DNA from: Lingula anatina
Lineage: Eukaryota > Animalia > Brachiopoda
Direction of reading: 5' to 3'
DNA: 64,000 bases
NCBI GenBank assembly: GCA_051362555.1
Contig: CM120646.1
Span: 2,418,001-2,482,000 of the forward strand
In this document: piece after piece, positions 1 to 12,141 of the stretch
Layout: each line of letters starts with the position of its first letter
How positions within the stretch are numbered: position 1 is the stretch's first letter
Translations under genes and position numbers: made by a program
Notes under the pieces: generated by a model
Database searches by the model: none
Seen by the model: only the letters and a program-made list of their open reading frames with translations
What the model was told of the DNA's origin: nothing

Positions 1-153
1 ATTAAGTTATATTCTATCATTTGTTTGTCATGTAAAGCATGTTAACGAAGATAAAAACACGCTTTTTCTGCATAGTGCATTTATTATAATTATGCAGGGA
101 GATTTTACTAGTGCACAATTCGACTCAATTCAAGATTTAGCCACAACGTCGTT

Positions 154-3100
154 TTATTCGGTAGCCTTTTTTTCGGCAGCAGCCTGAGCCACGGCTGTAT
201 TTGGATTTGATTTCGAGGTGTCAAATGTGAATACTAAGCAAGGTTCCGAGGCTGGGACTACCTTATAGTCGCCGTGCCATATGGTGCTGCAAAAGTCGGC
301 GGCAGAGCTGTAGAACTCTTTGTATTTCTTACACACCGCGCCCTTCTTGCAGCTGTGAAGTTCTAGAAAAAAAGTCCACACAATTAGTATTATTCAGCAT
401 GATTATGTTTCTGGTGCATGTGACTACCTGAAGGGCAATGACTCACTTTAGATAATTGTTCTGCTAGGATAGCTGTTTTTGTAACGAATATGGTTTTATT
501 ACTTTATTAAAATGTAGTAGAATAAACCTTGGCAGGACATACACATAATTTACAAAAGTGCCATCTGAATCTAAAGTGGGCTAGGTCATTTAAAAAATCA
601 CAACAGTTTAAGTCTGCCATATGACATTATTTATTCATGATTATCTTAATAATTAATCTAAAAGAAAACCAATATGGACTCTTAGCAATCATATTTCAGA
701 ACCAATTTTTTCATCACGTTTTTGTCATTTTTACCAATCCCTCCCCGTATAAAGATGAGGACACTCACTGCCCCAGACCATGTCCGTGATCCAGTCCCTA
801 TGACAGGTGTATTCTTCTTTGCAAGCATTCCACCATTCTTCACACTGGCTGGCACAAAGTGGTGCATGATTAAGGTGGTCCAAATCCGGATGTGCATACT
901 GTAATGAAATAAGTGCGAAAGACGAAAAACGAGCGAGACACACACATACAGAGAGAAATTGCTTTTAGGTACCTTACTCATGACTTCTTTTTATACGAGA
1001 AACGCATGTCATCTCAAACATAGGTATTAATCAACTCGGCTAATTGCAAAGTACCTATTCTTTGCATCCCGGCATACACATTCACACCCCCCCACACACA
1101 CACACACACGTACAAAAAGAGAGAGAGAGAGAGAGCAGGGAAACACAGACGGTCCAACAGACATCATTACATGTACGTACTGCCTTGACAATCCACGGGC
1201 CGAGATTTGGGGAACAGGCATAGAAGCACATTTCCTGGTGCATTAGTCTCGCACAGTCCGGTGACAGGCGTGGTTTTCCTGGACAGTGGTCGAAATTTAT
1301 CACTGACTCCCACACATGGGTCTTCAGGAAATCTGCAGTTACGTTCGTGTTGCAGCAAGACTTTTCTCTGAAACTCGGGCACTGTAAAAAAAAAAAAAAA
1401 CACTTAAGTTGAAATGAACCTTATGTAATTGCCGCGAATTGGCAAGATCAAATACATTTAAGTAATATGTGTTACCTAAACGTATTGCTTGTTATAAAGA
1501 AGTAAACGCCACTTGAGATTCCTAAAGAGCAGAAACTGTACAAGTAGATACTTATGCTATTTAGGGTTCCAGAGATCGTACATATAGGTCAAGATCAATT
1601 ATTAATTTTTCATTGAGACGTCAAAACATTTGCAACATTATTGCTTAACATGAAGTGGTACGTGTGCTTTAAATCAGACCCTTTGTCACTTAAAATGTGT
1701 TTAAAATAACCATTAATAATTTGGATGCTTTCTTAGTAGCCTTTTAAAACTGTAAGTGAAAATTCCGTCACTCTTTTGCCATTTTTTGTTTTGTATGGGC
1801 GGCCAAAAGGGCAAAAAATCCTGTCGTCGATTCAGTTATGTTTCGTCGATTCACTGCCTTCCCATCGATTCAGTTTCAAGTTTAAACGATCCTGTCATAA
1901 ATTCAACATCTACTTTCGTCAATTCAACTGTCAAACATTTCTCATCTACGGTGTATTAAAACCAATGCTGTCACTATTTTCGTCGATCGTGTAACTATTC
2001 TCGTCGATCGTCTAATCTCGTCGATCGTCCAACTAATCTCGTCGACCGTGTAACTATTCTCATCGATCGTCTAATCTCGTCGATCGTGTAACTATTCTCA
2101 TCGATCGTCTATTCTCATCGATCGTCTCATCGATCGATCGCCAGAGGGCGCTGCGGTAGCACATTGGCCTATCACATGACTATCAAAATGGCAGACAACA
2201 AAATGATTGCTAGTGAAATAAGAACATTTTCTCAACAATTTCAATTTTAGTTGTTAATAATTAAAAGATATTCGGTTGTAGGGACATTATTTTCTAGTTG
2301 TGCTTAACTCTGACCATGGCTGGCCGAGTTAAAAATTACCGCGTGATTGACAGACAGAAGCACGTGTTGCTACCGCAGCGCCCTCTGGCGATCGATCGAT
2401 GAGACGATCGATGAGAATAGTTACACGATCGACGAGATTAGACGATCGACGAGAATAGTTACACGATCGACGAAAACAGTTTGACGATCGACGAGATTAG
2501 TTACACGATCGACGAAAATAGTGACAGCATTGGTTTTAATACACCATAGATGAGAAATGTTTGACAATTGAATTGACGAAAGTAGATGTTGAATTTATGA
2601 CAGGATCGTTTAAACTTGAAACTGAATCGATGGGAAGGCAGTGAATCGACGAAACATAACTGAATCGACGACATGAATTTTTGCCCTTTTGGCCGCCCAT
2701 AGTTTTGTTTCTGTTTGAAAAATCTTGTGTGAAAACAGAGACGTCTGATCTTGGAATTTTAATCGATAATGAATGAGATCATATCTGACATATGTACTGT
2801 CTATATCATTTTTATTTATGTAACATTAATGTCTATGGGCGGTGCCTAGAAGAGGGGAGGAACTGCAGAATGCTCTGAAGTACTTGGCAAGTGATAAAGC
2901 ACTTGGTCTCGGTGGTATCCCTTCAGAAATTCTGAAAAATAGTTGAGTAAAGTTACATGAAGCTATTTGAGAGTTATTCAACAAATGCCTGTTCTTTGTA
3001 GCTGTGTCCCAAGATTTTTGAAATGCTTTTATCATCACCATCTAAAGGAGAAAGGGTGACCGAGAAGAATTTGGTAAACATTTAGGAATATCTTTGCCAA

Positions 3101-4126
3101 GTTTTTGCTAAGATTGTGCTGAACAGATTGAAAATTATCGCAGAAGAAAAAACCTCCAGAGTCTCAATGTGGATTCCATTATGATCTTCACTCTACGACA
3201 ACTCCATGACCAGGCAGCAGAACAGCACCAACCACTGTACATAGTTTTTGTTGCCTTCTTAAAACATTTGAGACTGTTTACCGAGAGACCTTGTGGAAGG
3301 TCCTGGAAACCCAAGGATGCCCTGACAAGCTTGTTAACACCTGAAAACAATTCCATGATAGAATGAAGGCACAAGTCTTCAGCCGTTGTGAAAACATAGA
3401 GGCATTTGCTGTCAATCATGGTGTGAAGCAGGGATGCGTTCCTGCAAGATACCTGGGGGCAGAGGCTGTCCAGAGAGAGCGTTGGCATGCCTGCCTTAAA
3501 ACGACCTTGTCAGTCACTGAAAACCAGCCCCAGGAAGAATATCAATCTGCACACGACGGTTGATATTCAGCAACTAGTTAGAGCAATTTCCAATGCAACA
3601 GATGTAAGCATTTCTGCAAATCCCTAGCTAGTCTCAAAGCCCACATGAGAACCTGCCATAGATAGGCCTCTAGCTCAACTCAGTCAGTCATCTTCGGTTA
3701 CGGAGGAGAGCCTTTTGATGCTGATGTCTGATGAACAAAGGATGATTACATAAGATGAACGGGGATGAACGGGAAAACAGTTCAAAGCACCAGCATTGCT
3801 GCTTTAGTCTTTGATCAATTATTCTACTGACAGGCCTTTTTTACCTGTCAGTCTTTTCATTAAAATTGGGAAGCGCGCACATTGTCAATGTTCACCTGCC
3901 TACGAGAAATACTTTTCTTCTATTCTCAATCCTTTGTGGTTTTCTTACCAATAATTGACCTTCTTATATTTATAGATATCCATGTACCATAATTATTGTC
4001 ACTATTACACACCATACACATAATGTATTCAACGAAACAAATGTCAGCAAAACCTCTCTCTCCCTCTTTTAGTCACACAAACACATGTAAGCGTTTTGAC
4101 TATTTTTTCATTCTCTCTTTCTCACA

Positions 4127-4172
<46 letters not shown>

Positions 4173-4389
4173 CACACATGTAGGCATAAACATACATTCC
4201 ATATACACATAAACAAACACTCGCCTCCAAATCTGGCTCAGGTGACGCTTTCGTCTTGCTGGCCCCTTCTACTGGCAAGGTAATACACATGTTCATATAG
4301 TCATCTGCAGTCTTCGGCTCATCAGCCTCAACTAAGACTTGTATGTTCAATAATACAAGACTTAAGATCAGAATTGTCTTCATTATCAT
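154..4389 (-). CDS. Folate receptor / riboflavin-binding protein family, secreted, copy A (4 exons, about 234 aa)
   Basis: Exons 4389-4225, 1381-1181, 898-769 and 362-154 join in frame (phases 0,0,1; 705 nt). Signal peptide MIMKTILILSLVLLNIQVLVEA; 16 Cys; FOLR-fold motifs CFYACSPNLGPWI, PLCASQCEEWWNAC, FCSTIW, NPN. Intron 1 needs a GC donor (GAG|gcgagt). AATAAA on the minus strand at 80-85. Confidence 0.9.
1794..2701. mobile_element. Foldback/MITE-type non-autonomous DNA element with about 340-370 bp inverted arms
   Basis: Starts TATGGGCGGCCAAAAGGGCAAAAA and ends TTTTTGCCCTTTTGGCCGCCCATA. Arms about 1794-2163 and 2364-2701 are reverse complements containing TCGTCGATCG subrepeats. Direct repeat gttttg flanks both sides (1788-1793, 2702-2707); TA is an alternative TSD. 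Confidence 0.85.
2845..3730 (+). mobile_element. Degenerate RTE-clade LINE remnant (5' RT part joined to 3' end) in intron 1 of copy A
   Basis: Frameshifted RT-like peptides KALGLGGIPSEILK, MIFTLRQLHDQAAEQHQPLYIVFV, FAVNHGVKQGCV, then a C2H2-like tail (CNRCKHFCKSLASLKAHMRT) and a GAT-rich end. Confidence 0.8.
4129..4178. repeat. (CA)n microsatellite
   Basis: Direct reading of the sequence. Confidence 0.95.
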
Positions 4390-4883
4390 ACGTGTGGAGT
4401 TGAAAATTAGATGTGAAATCCTCTTTTCTTTGCTAAATTAATGGTAACTTGTCTGACGCAGCTTAGCGTTCTTTGCAGTTGGTGCCATTCAACGCAATGG
4501 ACTATGTGGATGGAAACGAACGGGTTGGGCGTGACAATTTCAAGCAATATCATTGGTCCTTATCAAAAGAGAACTGATAACAAAAGAACCCTAAATGTGT
4601 TAAAACCACGTGATTTAACAGAGACGAGCAATAGCCAATCACATAATCCCTAACCATAACATATGAGGTAGGCTTAAAGGATTTTTGTGCAACTTCCACT
4701 GGATATTATACGCTACAAGAACATCGTGATCAATTTTTTTTCTGAAAATTAAGACTGCAAGCAACGCGGAAAGTATCATCAGTTCACGAGTGAGGTAAAG
4801 TTTTCATATATTTTAACATACAAAAATTTAACCTGTTAGCACGCTGGACTGAAATAGGTCTCGTTTTTATCAGCAAGAAGGGC

Positions 4884-5071
4884 GGTGTTACAGGAATGGT
4901 AGCAATAGGGATGGACGTCCGGACTCCCATATGATAAGTACAGGTTAAGGTTAATCGCAGTATTGGGGTTAGTATATGGGACGAATGTCACCATTACAAA
5001 GTATTGGGGAACGGACTACGGATCCCAGCGGATCCCAGCGGATCCCGGCGGACTACCATTTCCGTTACAGC
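4884..5071. mobile_element. Possible small TIR element
   Basis: Imperfect terminal inverted repeats (ggtgttacaggaatggtag ... ctaccatttccgttacagc) with an internal (ggatcccagc)x3-like repeat. Confidence 0.4.
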
Positions 5072-6453
5072 GGTACTGCGCGAAATACTCTTTTTTAAAA
5101 AGTGATTTTCGTCCCATATATATAAACATAATATGCAAGGATATATTACTTACGAGGAGTGCAGGTAGGTTAAGGCAAAGCGTCTTTAAAAGCTTGAAAT
5201 ATATGTATATATACGCAGTTGAAGAACACAGTGGTTTTAAATCACATTTGTGCCAACTTTTATTAGCATGTTTTTAGTGTTTTAAATGTAAAAATGAATG
5301 GTTTCTCCCCAGATATGAACTCAATTGAAAATCAGTGGGTGGAAGTAACTCATAAAAGCGATAAACTCCTTTAATATTTCTGACCTATTCTGAATTTTTC
5401 TTCAAAATCCACCCATTGGTTTTTTAGTTAGGCTGGTGTCAAACAAACAGACAAACAGAGGTGAAAAGATAACACCCCGGCGGAGGTAAAAATACCAACT
5501 TGTTAACCTCATCTGCGCGTCTCTTTCTGTTAACACATCAAGTCAAAATCAATTCATCGGCGCCCGCGTTCATGTTCCTGAGGTGTTAAGTACAGGACAT
5601 ATATATTCACTTCGACTCAAGGACATCCGTCTTTTAAGGAAAGAAAACGATAAAAATCCCGAAACCATTGCGAAGGAATAAAATCAGTTCCTACCGTCAA
5701 ATTACAGGCGGAATGAAGACCTGTTAACGACATTTGTCTGTTATTGGACCGTCCTGGACTCAAATTAGGCAGATACATATCCACGCTAAAGTAAGTCTGC
5801 CTTAATGGCAACGTTATTTGATGACCTGCTTTTATTCACAATTCATACAGTAGATTGATTTACATCTACATCGGATGCAGCATTTAGTGTCACGTGCTGT
5901 CAACTTTATGATGCAGGTATTGCAACGAAAACGTAAAAAACGGTACAAAATAATAAATGGTAGGTTGCCAAATGAATGATAAGGGAGGCCTTTCAAGGGA
6001 ATTTGTTATTTTGTTATGGATAGTCAATAAAATGCGCTTAAACATTTTATAATATACATATTGCACGAATAATATTATTTATTGGTTTCATATATTAGAC
6101 GTGAAGTCTGGTTTTGAGAATTTTAAAATATTTTTTTCCTTGAGGCTGAATTGCTCCATTCCCCTCTATGAATCCACGTAAATTAGCATCAATAAGAATA
6201 CCATCCACTTTAATAATTATTTATTAAAAGTTAGTTTCTATAGACCTATTACATTGATCCAATATTCTTATCCGAGGCTGATCAAACTGACACATCAAAT
6301 ATATATAATATATTTACATTGAAAAACCCATTTGTGTGGTTCTGCACTTAATACGGTTCTGGTCCGTGATCTGGCTTTGTTTATCTTCAGATTTTGAAGT
6401 TCATGGTTTGAAGAGGAATATATTTCAATTCCCTGGGTGATAAATGCATGGTC

Positions 6454-6658
6454 TAGACCCCATTCCCATAGATTTTAGATCGATCTATCCCTGTGGGGAG
6501 TTTCACTAGATTACTGTCAGCTTAGCCGGCTTAAGCGTCTGTCCCGCCTACTAAAAGCTGTAAGGGGGTAATTAACTATGGTGCGCGCTCGGCTGACTGC
6601 AGTTTAGCGTGAGCCCCAGGGAGTTAGGTCGAACTAAATCTCTGGGAATGCACCCCTA
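6454..6658 (+). mobile_element. About 200-bp MITE family X, copy 1 (PIF/Harbinger-like)
   Basis: TIR ...CATTCCCATAGATTTTAGATCGA / TCGAACTAAATCTCTGGGAATG...; CTA on both flanks; four more copies in the window. Confidence 0.85.
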
Positions 6659-7055
6659 GATATAGATATGAAGAGTGCAATTCATTATTGACATAATTTA
6701 GGACATTGCCTAGACTTGGTTTAAGCGGGGTCACTAAGAGATCAGACCATGCATCCCAAAATTTGCTTCCCATATTTGCATGTTGAGTTTTTAGTAGGGT
6801 TCTCATTGGCGAAAACATTCATGTCGTAGAAGATAAAAACCGCTTCAAATTAAGAAAGGTTAAGTGAACCGAAAAGTCAGAGAACTTGGTTTTGCTCGTG
6901 GTATTATGTAATATTCTACTATCATGTTTAGCATGTTAAAAAAAACGTGGTAACAAAGTAAAAACACCCCATTTTGAAGAGTGAGTTTTATTTCATTACG
7001 CAAGATCATACAATTGCACGATTAGACTCAACTGAAATTTTTGCCACAAAGCGAT

Positions 7056-8322
7056 TTATGTGGTCGTCTTTTCCTCGGCAGCAGCTTGAGCCACAGCCAT
7101 ATTTGGATTTGGTTTCGAGGTGTCGAAGGTGAATACCAAGCAGGGTTCTGAGTCTGGGACCACCTTGTAGGCTTTGTGCCATATGGTGGTGCAAAAGTCG
7201 GCGGCGGAGCTGTAGATCTTTTTGTATTTCCTACACACCGAGCCCTCTTTGCAGCTGTTAGTTTCTAGAAAAAATCCACACAATTCAATATTGTTTAACA
7301 TGATTTCTGGCGCATGTGGCTACCTGAAGGATAGTGCCTCACTTAAGTTAATTGATGTGCTGGGATCGCTGTTTTTGTAGCAAACGTCACTTTATTATTT
7401 TGTTTAAATGCAGTAGAATATACGTTGAAAGGATATACATAGTTTACAAAAGTGCCATCTGAATCTAAAATGGGCTAGGTCATTAAAAATTACAACAGTC
7501 TGTCATAATGATTTTATTTATGCTTGGTTATTTAAAGAATTAATCTAAAAGTAATATAGACTCTAAGCATGAGTGAAGTATCTTCAATCATATTAATTCA
7601 GGTGATACGAAAATAGTACAAACTGAACACAGACTAGTGTACCTGTAAGCTGTAACTAGTGACCATTGCAGAATACCAAATAAATTCCATTGGAATAGCA
7701 TGTAGCTATTGTTACCTAACTGGCGCTCAATTAAGAACATAGGAAGAAAAAGTTTGCTAAAAGAATGTATCAAAACAGGAGAATAAATAGAAATGATCTA
7801 CTCAGAACCAAAATTTTCATCAAGTTGTCGCCATTTTCACCAATCCCTATAACTGTAAAGATGGCGCCACTCACCGCTCCAGTCCATGTCAGTGATCCAG
7901 TTCCTGTGACAAGTGTATTCCTCTTTGCAGGCATTCCACCATTCTTCACACTGGCTGGCACAAAGCGGTGCCTGATCAAGGCGGTCGAAATCCGGATGTG
8001 CATGCTGTTACGAAATAAGCGTGAAAGACGAAAAACGAGCGACATACACTTACAGAGAGAGAGTATGACAGACAGATTGCTTTTTTAGGTATCTTACTCA
8101 TGACATCTCTCTTCGATACTTCTATCATGTTCCCCCATCCTTTATATGCACAAAATTCACCTTAGCAACTGCATAATAAATGACAGGAATTCTTTTTATA
8201 CGGATAAATGCATGTCAGCTCAAACATATGTGTTACTCAACTCGGCTAATTGCAAAATACCTATTCTTTGCATCCCGCATACGAACTCACTCCCCCCCCC
8301 CCCCCCCCACACACACACATAC

Positions 8323-8355
<33 letters not shown>

Positions 8356-10961
8356 GGAAACACAGACGGTCCAGCAGACATCATTACATGTACGTACTGC
8401 CTTGACAATCCACGGACCGAGATTTGGGGAACAGGCATAGAAGCACATTTCTTGGTGCATTAGTCTCGCACACTCCGGTGACAGGCGTGGTTTCCCTGGA
8501 CAGTGGTCGAAATTTATCACTGACTCCCACATATGGGTCTCCAGGAAATCTGCAGTTACGTTGGTGTTGCAAGACTTTTCTCGGAAACTGGGACACTATA
8601 GAAAAAAAGAAAAAAAGAACACTTAGGATGAAATGGACTTCATGTATTCACCTCGACTTGGCAAGATCAGTTGCAGTTAAGTAATATGAGTTATCTAGTA
8701 TCAGCAGATCTGGAAGTAGAAAGGAGGATCCAGTCTGCTACAAAAGCTTTGAGTGCACTACAAAGGAGACTCTGGACTTGCCATGACATCACCACGGATA
8801 CTAAAGTGAAAGTTTACACAGCAGTAGGCATTCCTTGCCTCCTCTATTCCACTGAATGCATCGCCCTTTACCGCAGACACATAGAGGCTCTGACCTGATG
8901 CGCCATCCTCAAATTCAAGTGGAGTGGCAAGACCATGTTCCTGACGTTGAAGTTCTACGACGTGCCCACACAGTCAATGCTGAAACCCTTATAACCGTGT
9001 CACCGCCTCTTTGGGCAGTGCATGTCCGTCGGATGGCTAATGACAGGCTGCCAAAAGCTGTACTCTTCTCTGAACTAAACCAAGGTAAAAGGAGCCATGC
9101 TGGACAGACTCTACGTTGCAAGGATGTCATAAAGCAGCACATGGAGAGGACAGGTACCCCGCAAGATACCTGGGAGGAAGAGGCTCTCCAGAGAGCAATG
9201 TCTTAAAAGACCTTGTCAGCATTGAAGACCAACACCAGCATGAATATCAACGTGCACGTGACCGTCGACATTCAGCAGCTAGATCCAGAAATTTCTAATG
9301 CAACAGATGTCAGCTTTTCTGCAAATCCCAAGCTGGTCTCAATGCCCACATGAGAACCTAGCTGCCTGTGGGACTTCTAACTCAACTCAGTCAGTCAGCT
9401 TCGGTAAGTTACTAACGGAGGAAAGCCTTTTGATGATGTAGTCTATGATGTTTGAACAAAGGATGATTACCAAGGACGATCAGGTCTGGAACTGATGTTA
9501 TAAAACAGTTCAAAGCACCAGCATTGCTGCTTTAGTCTTTGATCAATTATTCTACTGGCAAGCCTTTTTTACCGTTAGTCTTTTCAATAAAATTGGCAAA
9601 CGTGTGAGTCTTTCAGTGTATGTATTTTGCGTAACATTACCAGCCCTTCATATCCACTGTGTTTCATAAGTTACAGTTCTGGAATATTTGTGCGATAGAT
9701 AACAGGTTGGACCAAATATGTTCCTCGTTTTTATTGTATACTGCCGTTTTAGTATTTATTTTTCCCGCATTCCCTCACATATTTCGTTTCCCCAGCGATA
9801 TTTGCATGGATAAAACCTTATTTTTCATCAAAAGAGCAATACCTGACCAGCATACATCATACATATTTTTCCCACAGATTACTTCATTTGTGATTTTTTA
9901 AAAATGTCTGCAACCACAAACAACAAACAACAGAGACTGTGAAAGCAAACATTCGTCAGGAAATTCGGAGGATTCCACTAGATATGTGTGCCCGTGTTGC
10001 GCATGTATCAATTATAATTCACAGAAGGGGTGCATAGATTGTGCATGTCATTTATTATTAAGCCGTGTTTCTGGAATATTGACAATGTAGGAGGGAATTA
10101 GCATCCAATACATTTTTTATGATCATGTGAGATTTTGCTATAACAATTATGAATCATTCACATTAAAAACAGTGTACAATCGTAGTGGGTAATATAATTT
10201 GGCTCGGCCACCTCGTATGTACGGCGGATATTACCATCTCCACTCTTTGGTTCATCTACATTAAAATACGGAAATTGCTTAACTTAAATTTATAGTAATT
10301 TAGAGTGAATTTTATATAAATGTCATCACAGATCTCTCCTGTGCTGATGAAGCATGTGTGAATGACATAAAATACTGCTGCATTTAATGACAGAGCGTTA
10401 CTTTCACACTACTTTGGAGGCTTTTGTCTAGTTTACTGCTGAAGTGGTGACTAGGGTCCTGTCGTTATGTTTAAAAATAACCATTAACCGCTTACAGAGC
10501 ACATGCTGTACCTCTGTGACATTTAATCTCACATACAAATAACTAGTCAGTTTTAGATGAAGGTCTCCTAACATTTAAGCCAGTCTGAAGGAGACTGACA
10601 TTAGGCAGAGAAATGTTAATTTTAATTAAAAATAAAACAATATCAATGTCCTCTAGAGAATCGAAGATACATAACAAACGTGTTAAAAGCTATTTTAGGA
10701 ATTTTTCAATGTTCACCTTAGCAACAGGTATGGCACGCCTACAAAAAATAATTTTCTACTATTCTCAGTCTCTTGTGGATTTCTTATAAATAGATGACCA
10801 TCTTATATTTATAGATCTACATGCACCGTATTGTCACTATTGCACGTCACCATGCACGTTATCTATTCCACTAAACGAATGTCAGCAAAACATCTCTCTC
10901 TTTATCACAAAAACACATACGCGTACGCGTTTTGACTTATTTTCTCATTCCTATATACTCT

Positions 10962-11000
<39 letters not shown>

Positions 11001-11232
11001 CCATGCGCGCATAAATAAACATACTATACATACATACATACATACATAAATGTACACAAACTCGCACCTCCAAATCTGGTTCAGGTGATGGAACTGTCTT
11101 GCTGGCCCCTTCTACTGGCAAGGTAACACACATGTTCATATAGTCATCTGCAGTCTTCGGTTTACCAGCCTGAACTAAGACTTGTATGTTCAGTAAAACG
11201 AGACAGAAGATCAGAATTGTCTTCATTATCAT
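7056..11232 (-). CDS. Folate receptor / riboflavin-binding protein family, secreted, copy B (4 exons, about 233 aa)
   Basis: Exons 11232-11068, 8595-8398, 8004-7875 and 7264-7056 with GT-AG introns, in frame (702 nt). Same motifs and exon sizes as copy A except a 3-nt deletion in exon 2 (KSCCN->KSCN). Confidence 0.9.
8700..9440 (+). mobile_element. Degenerate RTE-clade LINE remnant (C-terminal ORF part and 3' end) in intron 1 of copy B
   Basis: Peptides DLEVERRIQSATKA..LQRRLW, TKVKVYTAV..PCLLYSTE, WQDHVPDVEVLRRA, WAVHVRRMANDRLPKAVLFSEL, then a C2H2-like tail. The 3' end matches 3440-3730. Confidence 0.85.
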
Positions 11233-12141
11233 ACGTGTGGAGTTGAACAAACTGAGGTAGGATCCTCTTTTCTTTGCTATATTAACTGTTACTTACCTGA
11301 CGTAGCATTTCCATAATTGCTCTCGGTGCCAATCAAATTGAAGTTATGCCGGTGGCAGTATTACCAACAAAACAGCGGTACACAATACGCAATAGCAGGT
11401 CCTTAGATGTATGCCGAGGGAAGACTATTTATAAACATATTTTCAAAACAATTCAATACTTGAGACAAGGGTCCTTATCCTGAGAACTACATGTCACATT
11501 TCAAAGGGGTATCAATCACCATATGGTTGAATGTTACGTCTGGTAATATCACGTATGGAAGAACGGTTGTAGCACTACAAGACGGCACTATGAACTGAAT
11601 TACAGTATACATATTAAAATTTCCTCTGACATAAATGACTACAGACACAATAATTCTTTTTACTGAACATACATGATAATTGTTTCAATATATCTCTTTT
11701 ATTTCCTGTGCTACATGTACAATTCATGATATTTTGTGCTAAGAAATTCGCCTGTACATTGTACGTGGATTCACTATCACACTACCTGACATTTCCTAAA
11801 AAACTTCGAAATTGTGCCAAATTCTAGGACGAGATGGTATGGAATGTGCACATATTTTGATTAAATGTTTTCTTTACTCTTTCTTTCTGACTAATATTGC
11901 TTTTATAAAAGTATATACCGGGTGATGTAGCTACTTCTTTAAAATGATAACAGTAACCACCCGAATAAAGGTTTATTCCGAGTTCATAAAAACGATCAAA
12001 TAATTAATTCTGGTCTTTTCTGGTGTGTATGATGGGTACAAGATAAGCTTGTTTTAGATTATTTTGTATTGACTTTTTTTACAAGTTAAAACTAGACCAT
12101 ATTCCAAAATGTAAGTAAAGCTTTACAAAAACGCCATTATA

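Noticed and set aside
1980-2520. TCGATCG subrepeats as a CRISPR or iteron array
   Set aside because: No spacers; they are mirrored in the two arms of a foldback element.
1794-2701. Foldback element as a post-duplication insertion specific to copy A
   Set aside because: The corresponding intron segment is deleted in copy B, so timing cannot be inferred.
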